Sequence record: OR538032.1
Direction: 5' to 3' (one strand)
DNA length: 32,000 nt
DNA from: Vibrio phage PG216
Part shown: positions 1-9,205 of the stretch, piece by piece
Position numbering within the stretch: the first letter of the stretch is position 1
Layout: the number at the start of each line of letters is the position of its first letter
Program-made: the position numbers and the translations under genes
The notes under the pieces: model-generated
What the model saw: the letters and a program-made list of their open reading frames with translations, nothing else
Told to the model about the DNA's origin: nothing
Database searches by the model: none

Positions 1-2
1 CA

Positions 3-1229
3 AACAGCGCGAACGGTATGCAGTATCGCAAAGACGTACGCGGCGTGATTCCAGTTGAAATTGAGAAAGTTTTCTTCCAGCGTAAAGCGAATAAGAAGAA
101 AGCATTCGAATACGAGCAACAAGCAATCGACATCCAGAAACAGATGGATGAACAAGGTGAAACGCCTGAACTGCGTGCAGCGTATGAAGAAGCGAAACAT
201 CAAGCGAAGATCTACGACGTACAGCAAATGGCTCGTAAGATTCTTATCAACTCACTCTATGGTGCGTTAGGTAACGAATACTTCCGATTCTATGACTTGC
301 GTAACGCTGAAGCAGTAACAGCTTATGGTCAGCTTGCAATCAAGTGGGTAGCGCGTGATGTGAACATTTGGTTGAACAAAGTTTGTAAGACAACTGACAA
401 AGACTACGTGATTTACGGTGATACCGACTCAATCTACGTTAACTTCGATCCGTTGCTTGAACTGACAGGCATCAACAAGCTTGAGGGTGACGACTACACA
501 GACAAATTCGCTAAAGTATGTGAGACTGTTGAAACGAAAGTTATCAACCCGTCATACGAAGCACTTCACAAGTACATGAACACGTACGAGCGTCAAATGT
601 TCATGGATCGTGAGGTACTGGCACGTACTGGCTTCTTTATCGCGAAAAAGCGTTATGCACTTGACGTACAAGATAACGAAGGCATTCGTAAACCGAAGCT
701 GAAAATCATGGGTATTGAGACTCAACGTAGTTCAACACCACCACTTTGCCAAAAAGGTCTTAAAGAAGCAATTCGATTGATTCTGCAAGAAGGCGAAGCG
801 AAGCTTCAAGAATTTGTAAAGGGGTATGAGAAAGAGTTCAAGGCAGCTCCGTATCAAGAAGTGTCATTTGTATCTAGTGCAAACAACATGAACAAATACT
901 CTGATGATAAAGGCAATCCAGGTAAGGGATGCCCAGGTCACGTGAAAGGCGCGCTGTACTACAACAAGCTTGCTGAAGAGCACGGGTTCGACAAGATCAA
1001 CGAGGGTGACAAAATCGCTGTTGTGTTCTTGACTCGAAACAAGCACGGTATTGACCGTATTGCTTACCCGTCTGGTGGCAAACTGCCTGAAGCAATCTCA
1101 TACTTGATTGATCACGTTGATTACAATCGTCTGTATGAAGATAAGTTCATCAAACCGTTGAGCGCGATTTCTGAAGCAATCAAGTTCGACTACAAGAAAA
1201 CTATCACATTGGAGAGTTTCTTTGGCTAA
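3..1229 (+). CDS. 43: Family B DNA polymerase, T4 gp43-like, C-terminal portion (5' end lies outside the window)
   Basis: Frame is open upstream of the listed ATG ([28 protein letters not shown]); motifs [41 protein letters not shown] and [10 protein letters not shown] match T4 gp43. Confidence 0.97.
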
Positions 1230-1530
1230 TGTAGATAAATTTGCAATCGGGGGCGCAGAAATGCGCCCTGAGATTGGCGACGTGTGTCGTGACCACTTTC
1301 CGACTTCGAGAAATTGGCATGAGGATTGGAACACGACTGCGATTAATTACGTGAAATACGAGAATGATATTCACCTCGACATTTCATCTTGGTACGTAGA
1401 TGCAGAGAACAATGTTCTGTCAATCACGTTGAAAAATGAAGAGCCGTCGATTCACGGGATGATTGTTCCACCTCGTGTTTGCCTTGACCTGACTAAGGTC
1501 AGAGAAATAATCACAGAAATCTTGAAATAA
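1222..1530 (+). CDS. Hypothetical protein (TTG start at 1222 or ATG at 1261)
   Basis: ORF between polymerase and promoter; start uncertain. Confidence 0.6.
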
Positions 1531-1534
1531 GACG

Positions 1535-1568
1535 TTGACAGTGTGCATGAACTCGTGTACACTGTTAA
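1535..1568 (+). promoter_or_regulatory. Sigma70-like promoter TTGACA-N17-TACACT overlapped by an imperfect inverted repeat
   Basis: -35 at 1535-1540, -10 at 1558-1563; TTGACAGTGT / ACACTGTTAA arms coincide with the -35 and -10. Confidence 0.65.
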
Positions 1569-1593
1569 AAGACTATTTTGAGAGGAAAAGACA

Positions 1594-2739
1594 ATGACTA
1601 CACAAGAACTATACAATCATTTGATGACACTGACCGAAGACGCCGAAGGCAAGTTCTTCTTTGCTGATCACATTTCACCGCTCGGTGAGAAACTTCGCGT
1701 GTTTAGCTATCACATTGCGTCGTACTCTGACTGGCTGCTGCCGGGTGCTCTTGAAGCGCGTGGTATCATGTTCCAGCTTGACGAACAAGATAAGATGGTT
1801 CGTATCGTGTCTCGCCCGATGGAGAAGTTCTTCAATCTGAACGAGAATCCCTTTACGATGGATCTTGACTTGACGACTACTGTTCAGCTAATGGACAAAG
1901 CTGATGGTTCTTTAATCAGTACGTATCTGACTGGTGAGAACTTCGCGCTGAAGTCAAAAACAAGCATCTTCTCTGAGCAAGCCGTTGCAGCGAATCGCTA
2001 CATCAAATTGCCAGAGAATCGCGACTTGTGGGAATTCTGTGACGACTTAACTCAAGCAGGTTGTACAGTCAACATGGAATGGTGCGCGCCAAATAACCGT
2101 ATTGTTCTTGAGTATCCAGAAGCGAAGCTGGTCATCTTGAATATTCGTGACAACGAAACAGGTGATTACGTGAGCTTTGACGACATCCCGCTACCTGCGT
2201 TGATGCGTGTCAAGAAGTGGTTAGTCGATGAGTATGACCCTGAAACTGCACACGTAGACGATTTCGTTGAGAAATTGCGTGCGACTAAAGGCATCGAAGG
2301 CATGATCTTGCGCCTAGCAAACGGTCAATCGGTGAAAATCAAGACTCAGTGGTATGTCGATCTGCACTCGCAAAAAGACTCTGTGAACGTTCCGAAGAAG
2401 TTGGTGACAACTATCTTGAACAATAATCACGATGACCTGTACGCGCTGTTTGCCGACGACAAGCCGACAATCGACCGCATTCGTGAGTTCGATTCTCACG
2501 TATCGAAGACTGTATCTGCATCGTTCCACGCTGTAAGTCAGTTTTACGTGAAAAATCGACATATGTCGCGCAAAGATTATGCAATCGCAGGTCAGAAAGC
2601 ACTTAAACCGTGGGAATTTGGCGTAGCAATGATCGCGTATCAGAAGAAAACCGTCGAAGGCGTGTACGAAGCTTTAGTCGGTGCGTATCTGAAGCGACCA
2701 GAACTACTCATTCCTGAGAAGTATCTGAATGAGGCATAA
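1594..2739 (+). CDS. rnlA: T4 RNA ligase 1-like (Rnl1)
   Basis: FSYHIASYSDWLLPGALEARGIMF, SRPMEKFFNLNENPFTM, nucleotidyl-lysine motif DKADGS, VLEYPEAKLVILNIRDNETG match T4 gp63. Confidence 0.96.
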   Translation: MTTQELYNHLMTLTEDAEGKFFFADHISPLGEKLRVFSYHIASYSDWLLPGALEARGIMFQLDEQDKMVRIVSRPMEKFFNLNENPFTMDLDLTTTVQLMDKADGSLISTYLTGENFALKSKTSIFSEQAVAANRYIKLPENRDLWEFCDDLTQAGCTVNMEWCAPNNRIVLEYPEAKLVILNIRDNETGDYVSFDDIPLPALMRVKKWLVDEYDPETAHVDDFVEKLRATKGIEGMILRLANGQSVKIKTQWYVDLHSQKDSVNVPKKLVTTILNNNHDDLYALFADDKPTIDRIREFDSHVSKTVSASFHAVSQFYVKNRHMSRKDYAIAGQKALKPWEFGVAMIAYQKKTVEGVYEALVGAYLKRPELLIPEKYLNEA

Positions 2740-3012
2740 ATGCACCACTTTGTATTTCAAAACGGGGAGCCGATGCGAGTCGGCAACCCACAAGAGTTCA
2801 TAGAAAAATTCAACAAATATTTCCTACCAGAGCTGCAAAAACGATTAGATGACGACCCGAAAACTCGCGGTGGTCGAATCGTGTATGCGGGCCCTTCTAA
2901 AACAGACACTATTCAAGGCATTGATGTTCAAATAATGGACAAAGATGGTATCGTGTCTACGTTTTACGTGAATGTCTTCACACAGACGTTCAGTCCTGTC
3001 TTCTACCAGTGA
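2740..3012 (+). CDS. Hypothetical protein
   Basis: 90 aa ORF directly following rnlA. Confidence 0.7.
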   Translation: MHHFVFQNGEPMRVGNPQEFIEKFNKYFLPELQKRLDDDPKTRGGRIVYAGPSKTDTIQGIDVQIMDKDGIVSTFYVNVFTQTFSPVFYQ

Positions 3013-3048
3013 TAAATACTCCCGTATGAATAATATGGGAGTAATATC

Positions 3049-3432
3049 ATGTTCGCACAATACAAAATCTATGTGCTATTGGCTATTGCTGCTGTGTTCA
3101 TTGGGTCTATTGGTTATCTGAAGTATGAGAATGTTAGTCTTGAGAAAGAACTAGTCACTCAAATTGCTGAAGTCGAACGACTGACTGGTGATAATGAACG
3201 CTTGCACGCGACTGTTGAAAGCAAAGACCGCACAATCGAGAACTGGCGTTCAGTTTACAACGAGCAAGAGCAGTATCGAAGCAAACTTCAGAAAGATCTA
3301 GACGAACTAACCGCAACTATAGACACGTATAAGTCACGTCAAGACATCGTGTTTAAAAAGCCAGGTCTAGTTCAGATTAAAGAGCAGAAGGCTCTTGATA
3401 AGTTCTTTGATGAGGTGCGTAATGGTCAATAA
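3049..3432 (+). CDS. Putative i-spanin (Rz-like)
   Basis: Single N-terminal TM segment followed by a long coiled-coil-like region; start of a lipoprotein gene overlaps its 3' end. Confidence 0.75.
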   Translation: MFAQYKIYVLLAIAAVFIGSIGYLKYENVSLEKELVTQIAEVERLTGDNERLHATVESKDRTIENWRSVYNEQEQYRSKLQKDLDELTATIDTYKSRQDIVFKKPGLVQIKEQKALDKFFDEVRNGQ

Positions 3433-3751
3433 AATCATAGCTATTGCTCTATGCTTAACGCTGGTTGGGTGTATCGGTACACCAAAAGAGCCAGTACCAG
3501 AGCCGCCAAAGAATGAAATCGTTCATCCGAACATACCGACCCCGCCGCCAAATCCCGGTGTTAAAATATTGGTCATTACGACGGACACTATCAAAGCTAA
3601 TACAGCTTACGTGGGGTTTGAGTACGACGAGTGGCTAGATTTCGCGAAATGGATGCACTCGTACAAGTCATATAACCAAGATTTGCTTGAAGTTATTCGA
3701 CTGTATAAAGAGCAAGATCCGAACATTCAGAAAAAAGTTGAAAATAATTAA
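3422..3751 (+). CDS. Putative o-spanin lipoprotein (Rz1-like)
   Basis: MVNKIIAIALCLTLVGC lipobox followed by a Pro-rich segment; ATG at 3422 preferred over the listed 3395 because GAGG lies just upstream. Confidence 0.75.
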   Translation: MVNKIIAIALCLTLVGCIGTPKEPVPEPPKNEIVHPNIPTPPPNPGVKILVITTDTIKANTAYVGFEYDEWLDFAKWMHSYKSYNQDLLEVIRLYKEQDPNIQKKVENN

Positions 3752-3753
3752 AG

Positions 3754-3779
3754 AAAAGGGTTGCTTCGGCAGCCCTTTT
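3754..3779 (+). terminator. Rho-independent terminator, stem AAAAGGGTTGC-TTCG-GCAGCCCTTTT
   Basis: 11-bp stem (one G-U), UUCG tetraloop, T-rich tail. Confidence 0.85.
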
Positions 3780-3805
3780 CTCGTATTATAGCTTTATCGA
3801 AACGA
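3761..3805 (+). promoter_or_regulatory. Promoter TTGCTT-N17-TATTAT whose -35 is inside the terminator stem, followed by ATCGAAACGA
   Basis: -35 3761-3766, -10 3784-3789, downstream box 3796-3805. Confidence 0.7.
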
Positions 3806-3830
3806 CATCGACTAACAAAGAGAGCATATT

Positions 3831-4130
3831 ATGATTCAATTCAAACGCAGAAATCTTGTACCTGACAATCAATCTCCACTATGGGCATATGATTCAGTTG
3901 ACGCGCTTAAAAGCGACGACTTGAATGAGCGTAACTTTTACAACAACGTAACAGGTGAAACTCACAACAAGCTGCGTATCACTCGCGGTCGATTCGACAA
4001 GAAATGGGTTCTTCGTGCTACGTCTAAAGACAACGACTTCAAATTGTTAGTTGTCGCTGATGACTTCAAAACGAAGAAAGAAGCAATTGAATACGTAAAT
4101 GACGTTTACTTAAACACAAAAGGGCTGTAA
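3831..4130 (+). CDS. Hypothetical protein
   Basis: 99 aa ORF downstream of promoter. Confidence 0.75.
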   Translation: MIQFKRRNLVPDNQSPLWAYDSVDALKSDDLNERNFYNNVTGETHNKLRITRGRFDKKWVLRATSKDNDFKLLVVADDFKTKKEAIEYVNDVYLNTKGL

Positions 4131-4131
4131 G

Positions 4132-4365
4132 ATGAACGAACTTATTGATGCAACAAACGAAGCGCGTACTCAATACGAACAGTATGGTGCATGTAGTGCT
4201 TTTCAAATTGAAAGTCTACTCGCTGAACTCGAAAAGCACGCTTCTGACAACGCTGTTGTGAAGTCTGCACGCACTGAGTTCGACGATTACGATAATTTGA
4301 CTGGTACACGTATTGATCAACTACTGACAGTCGCTGAAGTCACCATCTTTAAAACAAACAAGTGA
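4132..4365 (+). CDS. Hypothetical protein
   Basis: 77 aa ORF, tightly packed. Confidence 0.7.
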   Translation: MNELIDATNEARTQYEQYGACSAFQIESLLAELEKHASDNAVVKSARTEFDDYDNLTGTRIDQLLTVAEVTIFKTNK

Positions 4366-4375
4366 GAAAAGCTTA

Positions 4376-5293
4376 ATGAAACTGATTGTAACCGTCGGTG
4401 TGCCTGCGTCCGGCAAAACTACGTGGGCTGAGAAATTCTGTGCAAACGGAAAAGCAGTAAATGTCAATCGCGACGACACTCGTCAAGAACTGTTCGGTCC
4501 TTTCAAGTGGGGCGAATACAGCTTCAAGAAGCAGAACGAAGAACTTGTGACGAAAGTCAACAAAGACAAAGCTATGCTTGCCCTACGTTCTGGTAAAGAC
4601 GTTGTAATCTCTGATACTAACCTTGTGCCAGAGCGTCGTGAAGAGTGGCGTAATATCGCTAAACAGCTTGGTGCTGAATACGAAGAGAAGTTGTTTCATA
4701 TCTCTTTCGATGAAGCATTTGCACGCGATAAAGCTCGTGAAATGTCAGTTGGTGGTAAAGTTCTAACAACTATGTTCCAGAACTACCACAAAAACAACCG
4801 CGATTTGATTATCGCGCACTTCAAATCACTGCTTGAGCCTCTTTGGGAAGCAGGTACTGAGTTGTGCGTATTGTCTGACATCGACGGCACAGTTGCTGAA
4901 ATGCACAAAGGTGTTAAAGGTCGTCGTAGCCCATTTGAATGGCTACGTGTTGAAGAAGACTCACCGCGTGACACCGTAATCGAAATGCTAGATCTTCTAA
5001 GCGCCCACTATCCAATCATTTTCATGAGCGGTCGTGATGGTGTTTGTGAAGAGCATACACGCCGTTGGCTATTGAAGCATATGCCATTCGCGTATTCAAG
5101 TGGGTTTGACTTGGTCATGCGTGGTAAAGGCGATTCACGCCCAGACTGGGTAATCAAACTAGAATTGCTACTAGAATTAGCAAAACGTGGTTATCGTCGT
5201 CCTATCGTGATGTTCGATGATCGTGATCAAGTAGTCAATACTCTACGTGAAGTAGGTGTTGAAGTGTTCCAAGTACAACCAGGTAACTTTTAA
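4376..5293 (+). CDS. pseT: Polynucleotide 5'-kinase / 3'-phosphatase (T4 PseT/Pnkp-like)
   Basis: P-loop GVPASGKTTWA, DDTR, HAD phosphatase motif SDIDGTVA, FMSGRDG, FDDRDQVV. Confidence 0.96.
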   Translation: MKLIVTVGVPASGKTTWAEKFCANGKAVNVNRDDTRQELFGPFKWGEYSFKKQNEELVTKVNKDKAMLALRSGKDVVISDTNLVPERREEWRNIAKQLGAEYEEKLFHISFDEAFARDKAREMSVGGKVLTTMFQNYHKNNRDLIIAHFKSLLEPLWEAGTELCVLSDIDGTVAEMHKGVKGRRSPFEWLRVEEDSPRDTVIEMLDLLSAHYPIIFMSGRDGVCEEHTRRWLLKHMPFAYSSGFDLVMRGKGDSRPDWVIKLELLLELAKRGYRRPIVMFDDRDQVVNTLREVGVEVFQVQPGNF

Positions 5294-5302
5294 GGCAAAA
5301 TT

Positions 5303-5848
5303 ATGACTGAAGTATTAATCACAATCGCTGCAATTGCATTTGTAGCACTCGTAGTAACACTGATCGTACGTGCTCGTACCAAGCAAAAAGAAGAAGCTGC
5401 GAATGCATTGTCAATGCGTGAAGCTGCGGCTAATCGCACACGTGAACAACTCGAATCAATCAGCGCAATGAGTAACGGTGCTTCTCGTATGAAGCCTAAA
5501 GCTCCATCACGACCTGCGAGTTCTTCTCGACATAGCGCACCATCACGTTCTCGTACGCGACGTGACGACGATGACATCATCACGAACCCGCTGCACCCGT
5601 TAAATCCGATTACTGACCCGGTCGGTCTGTATGAACGCGATGAACCGGTACGTGAAACACGCTCAGAACCAAGCTACTCTGCACCTGAGCCGAGTTACAG
5701 TGAGCCAGAACGTAGTCCGAGCGTATCAAGCCCAGGCAGCTACTCATTCGGTGGTAGTTCGGATAGCGGCTCAAGCTACTCAAGCTCAAGTGACAGTGGT
5801 TCAAGTTACTCAAGCAGCGATAGTAGTTCAGGTGGGAGCTTCGACTAA
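5303..5848 (+). CDS. Membrane-anchored protein with Ser/Gly/Tyr-rich low-complexity tail
   Basis: N-terminal TM MTEVLITIAAIAFVALVVTLIV; tail GGSSDSGSSYSSSSDSGSSYSSSDSSSGGSFD. Confidence 0.75.
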   Translation: MTEVLITIAAIAFVALVVTLIVRARTKQKEEAANALSMREAAANRTREQLESISAMSNGASRMKPKAPSRPASSSRHSAPSRSRTRRDDDDIITNPLHPLNPITDPVGLYERDEPVRETRSEPSYSAPEPSYSEPERSPSVSSPGSYSFGGSSDSGSSYSSSSDSGSSYSSSDSSSGGSFD

Positions 5849-6360
5849 TGATTGTATCTGAAATTCGTGGCGACTTGGTCGCCACCCTTGCTCAAGCAAT
5901 TGAAAATCCGAATCATCAACGTACGTTTATCATGGGGCAGGGTTGTAACTGCTTTATCAGACAAGGTTCTGGCATTGCAGGTCAGCTACGGCGTTTCCCT
6001 GAAGTATATCAAGCTGATATTGACTACGGTCGTGAAGGCGATCCGTTGAAACTTGGTGAATTCTCTGTTGCATTGTTCGACAAACACGGAACTGTTCCAC
6101 AAGCTGCTGTGTTCAACCTGTACACGCAGTTTAGTATGGGGACTCGTGAGCGTCATGCTGAATATTCAGCAATCAAAGAAGGCGTTCGCGCTATGGTTCG
6201 CTACCTTGAAGACAATGACGACAAGATCTACTTGCCATTAATCGGTGCTGGATTAGCTGGCGGCGATTGGGAAATCATTCGCCATATCATCGACAAATCA
6301 AGTGGAAATAAAGAAATTGTCATTGTACATTTCGAAGAAGGCACACTAATCGACTGGTGA
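5848..6360 (+). CDS. Macro-domain protein (ADP-ribose binding/hydrolase-like)
   Basis: GDLVATLAQ..., NCFIRQGSGIAGQLRRFPEVYQAD, LGEFSVALF, YLPLIGAGLAGGDWEIIRHII pattern of Poa1p/YmdB-type macro domains. Confidence 0.8.
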   Translation: MIVSEIRGDLVATLAQAIENPNHQRTFIMGQGCNCFIRQGSGIAGQLRRFPEVYQADIDYGREGDPLKLGEFSVALFDKHGTVPQAAVFNLYTQFSMGTRERHAEYSAIKEGVRAMVRYLEDNDDKIYLPLIGAGLAGGDWEIIRHIIDKSSGNKEIVIVHFEEGTLIDW

Positions 6361-6363
6361 TTT

Positions 6364-6534
6364 ATGTTTACCTCAGCATTTGTGTATAACGCACTGATTT
6401 TTCTCGCTATTCTATCTGTTGGTGCTATTTTTGCATATTTTATCGCGAAAATGCTTGACAAGAGTGAGGAGAAACGTGTTAAACTACGTCACAAGCTCAT
6501 AAGACAACGAGCGAGAAAGAGACTACCGAAATGA
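6364..6534 (+). CDS. Small membrane protein (not in the supplied ORF track)
   Basis: Read directly: MFTSAFVYNALIFLAILSVGAIFAYFIAKMLDKSEEKRVKLRHKLIRQRARKRLPK*; stop overlaps the next ATG (ATGA). Confidence 0.65.
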   Translation: MFTSAFVYNALIFLAILSVGAIFAYFIAKMLDKSEEKRVKLRHKLIRQRARKRLPK

Positions 6535-6761
6535 GTTTTGAAACAAACAAAAAGCTTGCCGAAGCATTTGACTCATGGCGTGTAGTGCCTAGAATTTTAG
6601 TTGCACTGTACTGTTACTTACTGTATACTACAGCAATATGGTTCATGGCACTGCCTGATCCGTCAGCAACTCAATCAGCATTCGTATCGACAATTGTCGG
6701 TGCGGGTGCTGCAATCTTCGGCTTATACACTAATTCTGGAAAAGGAAAGACTAATGGCTAA
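6531..6761 (+). CDS. Small two-TM membrane protein
   Basis: Two hydrophobic segments (RILVALYCYLLYTTAIWFMAL; FVSTIVGAGAAIFGLYTN). Confidence 0.7.
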   Translation: MSFETNKKLAEAFDSWRVVPRILVALYCYLLYTTAIWFMALPDPSATQSAFVSTIVGAGAAIFGLYTNSGKGKTNG

Positions 6762-6945
6762 ACGACTATACCCACATGAAGTTGATCACGAACTACAGCG
6801 TCGCGACGTTTGGTTGAAAGCGTGGTGTCATACTGCTAACGCTAATGACTGTAAAGAAACATCAACTGCAACAAGCTATGCTGATGCGTGTCTGGCTGCA
6901 TTTGACCGTCGTTTTGAAGCTATCGAGGTAATTAAACATGACTGA
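6754..6945 (+). CDS. Hypothetical protein
   Basis: ATG at 6754 (MAKRLYPHEVDHEL...) overlaps the previous stop; preferred over the listed 6601. Confidence 0.65.
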   Translation: MAKRLYPHEVDHELQRRDVWLKAWCHTANANDCKETSTATSYADACLAAFDRRFEAIEVIKHD

Positions 6946-7336
6946 TTTTGATATTGCACTACTTAACCCGACTATCATCAAGTCAACTGAAATCGCAGGT
7001 CATAACTTCGGTAACAAAGTTATCGAGATTGTGAGTGATCACATTGACGGCGATGACATGGATAACTTCATTGAATTCATCGTTGAAGCTGAAGCACGAG
7101 AGCGTGAGCACCCATATGTGGGTCATTTCTACGGTGATTTGTTAGTCATGAGCTTGTCTGAAGACCGTCATCACTTCGAAGCACGTATGTCTGACGAAGA
7201 CATTGCGAATCTGACAATCGCGATTGATGATGCATTCATTCAATACACAAATGAGTTTATTGAATGGTACAAGCAGAAAGCGCGAGAGTTCTTCGATGAC
7301 GATGAATTGGAATTCATCATTGAAAACGAAATCTAA
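6938..7336 (+). CDS. Acidic hypothetical protein
   Basis: 132 aa, rich in Asp/Glu. Confidence 0.75.
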   Translation: MTDFDIALLNPTIIKSTEIAGHNFGNKVIEIVSDHIDGDDMDNFIEFIVEAEAREREHPYVGHFYGDLLVMSLSEDRHHFEARMSDEDIANLTIAIDDAFIQYTNEFIEWYKQKAREFFDDDELEFIIENEI

Positions 7337-7337
7337 C

Positions 7338-7365
7338 AAAATCCCGTCTTAATGGCGGGATTTTT
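7338..7365 (+). terminator. Rho-independent terminator AAAATCCCG...CGGGATTTTT
   Basis: Perfect 9-bp stem, 9-nt loop, T tract. Confidence 0.85.
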
Positions 7366-7408
7366 AGTTTTCATCTAAATAGAAGAAACAACACAAAAAG
7401 GTATCATA

Positions 7409-8863
7409 ATGAAACTGTTTACTGAATTTTATCAAGAAGTTCGTCTTGACGAAATCTCAGATCGTGCGAATATCGACATTGATTGGGATTGGGGTCATGA
7501 GAACGGGACGGGAGAAACCTCGGCGAGATTTGATGCAGCCGGTGAGAAATTTCAAGTTAGCGTTGACGAGAGTAACCCGGGTTATTTCACGATCACATTC
7601 CAGAACTCTAGTGGCTATTCTCAGACTGGTAGAGCGGGACACTCTGCGGCTGCTGTATTCTCTGGCGTATTGACGACTTTACGTGAATTCACCGAAACGT
7701 ACGAAGAAGAAATGGGCATGAAACCATATGAATATGACTTCAGCGCAGCGTACGAACTACCGCGAAATCACGACTATTACTCATTGGTTAACAATCGTCG
7801 CGAGGCAACTCGTTTAGATGAAGAAAGCAAGAAAAAGCTATTGAAAGACTTGATTTCTCGCCCTATGCTTTACTACGCACTATCGTTGACTTTTGGTAAA
7901 GAATACGGCTATTCAACTGAAATTAGCGACCGCTGGCTTGCTCGTCTTGCAGGGGGCGCGAATGATTTCCGTTCCGTTCGTAAGAACGTGACTCGAAGCA
8001 TTCTGTCGATGAATGACAACGACGTTAACCAAGCGTTGATGAACATGAGCGGTTCTGTTTCGTTCACTCTTACCAACGAAAACGAACGTCCTAGCAGCTA
8101 CGACACAGCATTCGGTGGCGGTCCGTCTCTTGAAGACTACGTTGATGAAGCAGACCAGTACCAAATCGAAGCGTGGATCAATGATGGTCGTGAAGATGAA
8201 ATCATCGAACATGCTGATTGGCAAACTCTAGTTCGCATTGCGGAATGGGGTCTGATGCACGATGAACTGATTTTCCATGATGATGAAGACGTTCGAAACG
8301 CGGTAATCCGCACAGACTACGAAATGGGCGAGAAACTAGCCGAATCGCCTGAGTGGGAACATCGTAAACAAGCTGCTGAAAATGGTTTTGGCATTTGGGA
8401 TCTTGTTCTTGACTCTGACGAAGACGTGCGCGAAGCTGCATGGGACTGGTCGTTTGAAAATGACGATGCTGATACTCGAATCACATACGCGAAACGCTAC
8501 GAAGGCAACTTCGGTCGCGCAATGGCTGAAGACGTGTGGGATCGCATGATCGACGATTCAGATGACTATGAAGAGCGTCAATACGTAGCTGAACAAGGTT
8601 ATCGTCTTGAAGAACTTCTAGCAGACCATGACGAAGACGTGCGTTCTTCTGCAATCAATGCTGTATTCACGGTAATGGGTCTGGATGGTCGAGAAGCGGC
8701 TGAGTTCTTGATGGAAAACTCTGAACCTTACCAAGAAGAAGTGTTTGAATACGCGATTAACGGTAACTTCGGTCCATCTTTCGATGAAGCACTAATCGAA
8801 ATTGCTGAAGAAAACGGCGTTGATGTTTCTGAGTACAAAGAAGACGAAGACGAAGACGAATAA
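7409..8863 (+). CDS. Acidic HEAT-like repeat protein with capsid-targeting-like N-terminus
   Basis: Repeated DDEDVRNAVIR / DSDEDVREAAWDW / DHDEDVRSSAINAVF units; N-terminus MKLFTEFYQEVRLDE. Confidence 0.75.
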   Translation: MKLFTEFYQEVRLDEISDRANIDIDWDWGHENGTGETSARFDAAGEKFQVSVDESNPGYFTITFQNSSGYSQTGRAGHSAAAVFSGVLTTLREFTETYEEEMGMKPYEYDFSAAYELPRNHDYYSLVNNRREATRLDEESKKKLLKDLISRPMLYYALSLTFGKEYGYSTEISDRWLARLAGGANDFRSVRKNVTRSILSMNDNDVNQALMNMSGSVSFTLTNENERPSSYDTAFGGGPSLEDYVDEADQYQIEAWINDGREDEIIEHADWQTLVRIAEWGLMHDELIFHDDEDVRNAVIRTDYEMGEKLAESPEWEHRKQAAENGFGIWDLVLDSDEDVREAAWDWSFENDDADTRITYAKRYEGNFGRAMAEDVWDRMIDDSDDYEERQYVAEQGYRLEELLADHDEDVRSSAINAVFTVMGLDGREAAEFLMENSEPYQEEVFEYAINGNFGPSFDEALIEIAEENGVDVSEYKEDEDEDE

Positions 8864-8868
8864 TGAAA

Positions 8869-8904
8869 AAAGGGTTGACAGATGTCAGCCCTTTCGTGTA
8901 TTCT
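8869..8904 (+). promoter_or_regulatory. Hairpin AAAGGGTTGACA/TGTCAGCCCTTT fused to promoter TTGACA-N18-TATTCT
   Basis: -35 8875-8880 inside stem; -10 8899-8904. Confidence 0.65.
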
Positions 8905-8931
8905 ACGTATAAGAAATCAACGGAGAGTAAT

Positions 8932-9195
8932 ATGAACATCCAAGACTTAACTGAAATCTTTATCAATTTTCATGACGAAAATTATGAAGTTGATGCAACA
9001 CTTGACCGAATTGAAGACGTAATCGACCGAGAAGACGTGCATGGCGTAATGCTGCCATTTTCTCAAGGCGTGAGCATCTTTATTGAAAAGGTCGACAATA
9101 CCGATCTTACCATTGCTGAATATGAAGCATTCGTTGTTGAAAAACTTGAAGAAGAGTTCAACGACGAAATTGGCGAAATCGAATTCATTTACTAA
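8932..9195 (+). CDS. Acidic hypothetical protein
   Basis: ATG at 8932 after GGAGAG; listed start 8863 lies upstream of the promoter. Confidence 0.7.
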   Translation: MNIQDLTEIFINFHDENYEVDATLDRIEDVIDREDVHGVMLPFSQGVSIFIEKVDNTDLTIAEYEAFVVEKLEEEFNDEIGEIEFIY

Positions 9196-9205
9196 GAGAG
9201 AAAAC

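Noticed and set aside
55-270. Plus-strand ORF 55..270 in another frame
   Set aside because: Inside the polymerase coding region; shadow ORF.
864-1334. Minus-strand ORFs 864..1046 and 1098..1334
   Set aside because: Entirely or mostly antisense to the well-identified DNA polymerase; no motifs, no credible start context.
5290-5885. Minus-strand and alternate-frame ORFs across the Ser-rich gene
   Set aside because: Low-complexity sequence keeps all frames open; the plus-strand frame has a coherent TM plus tail architecture and proper junctions.
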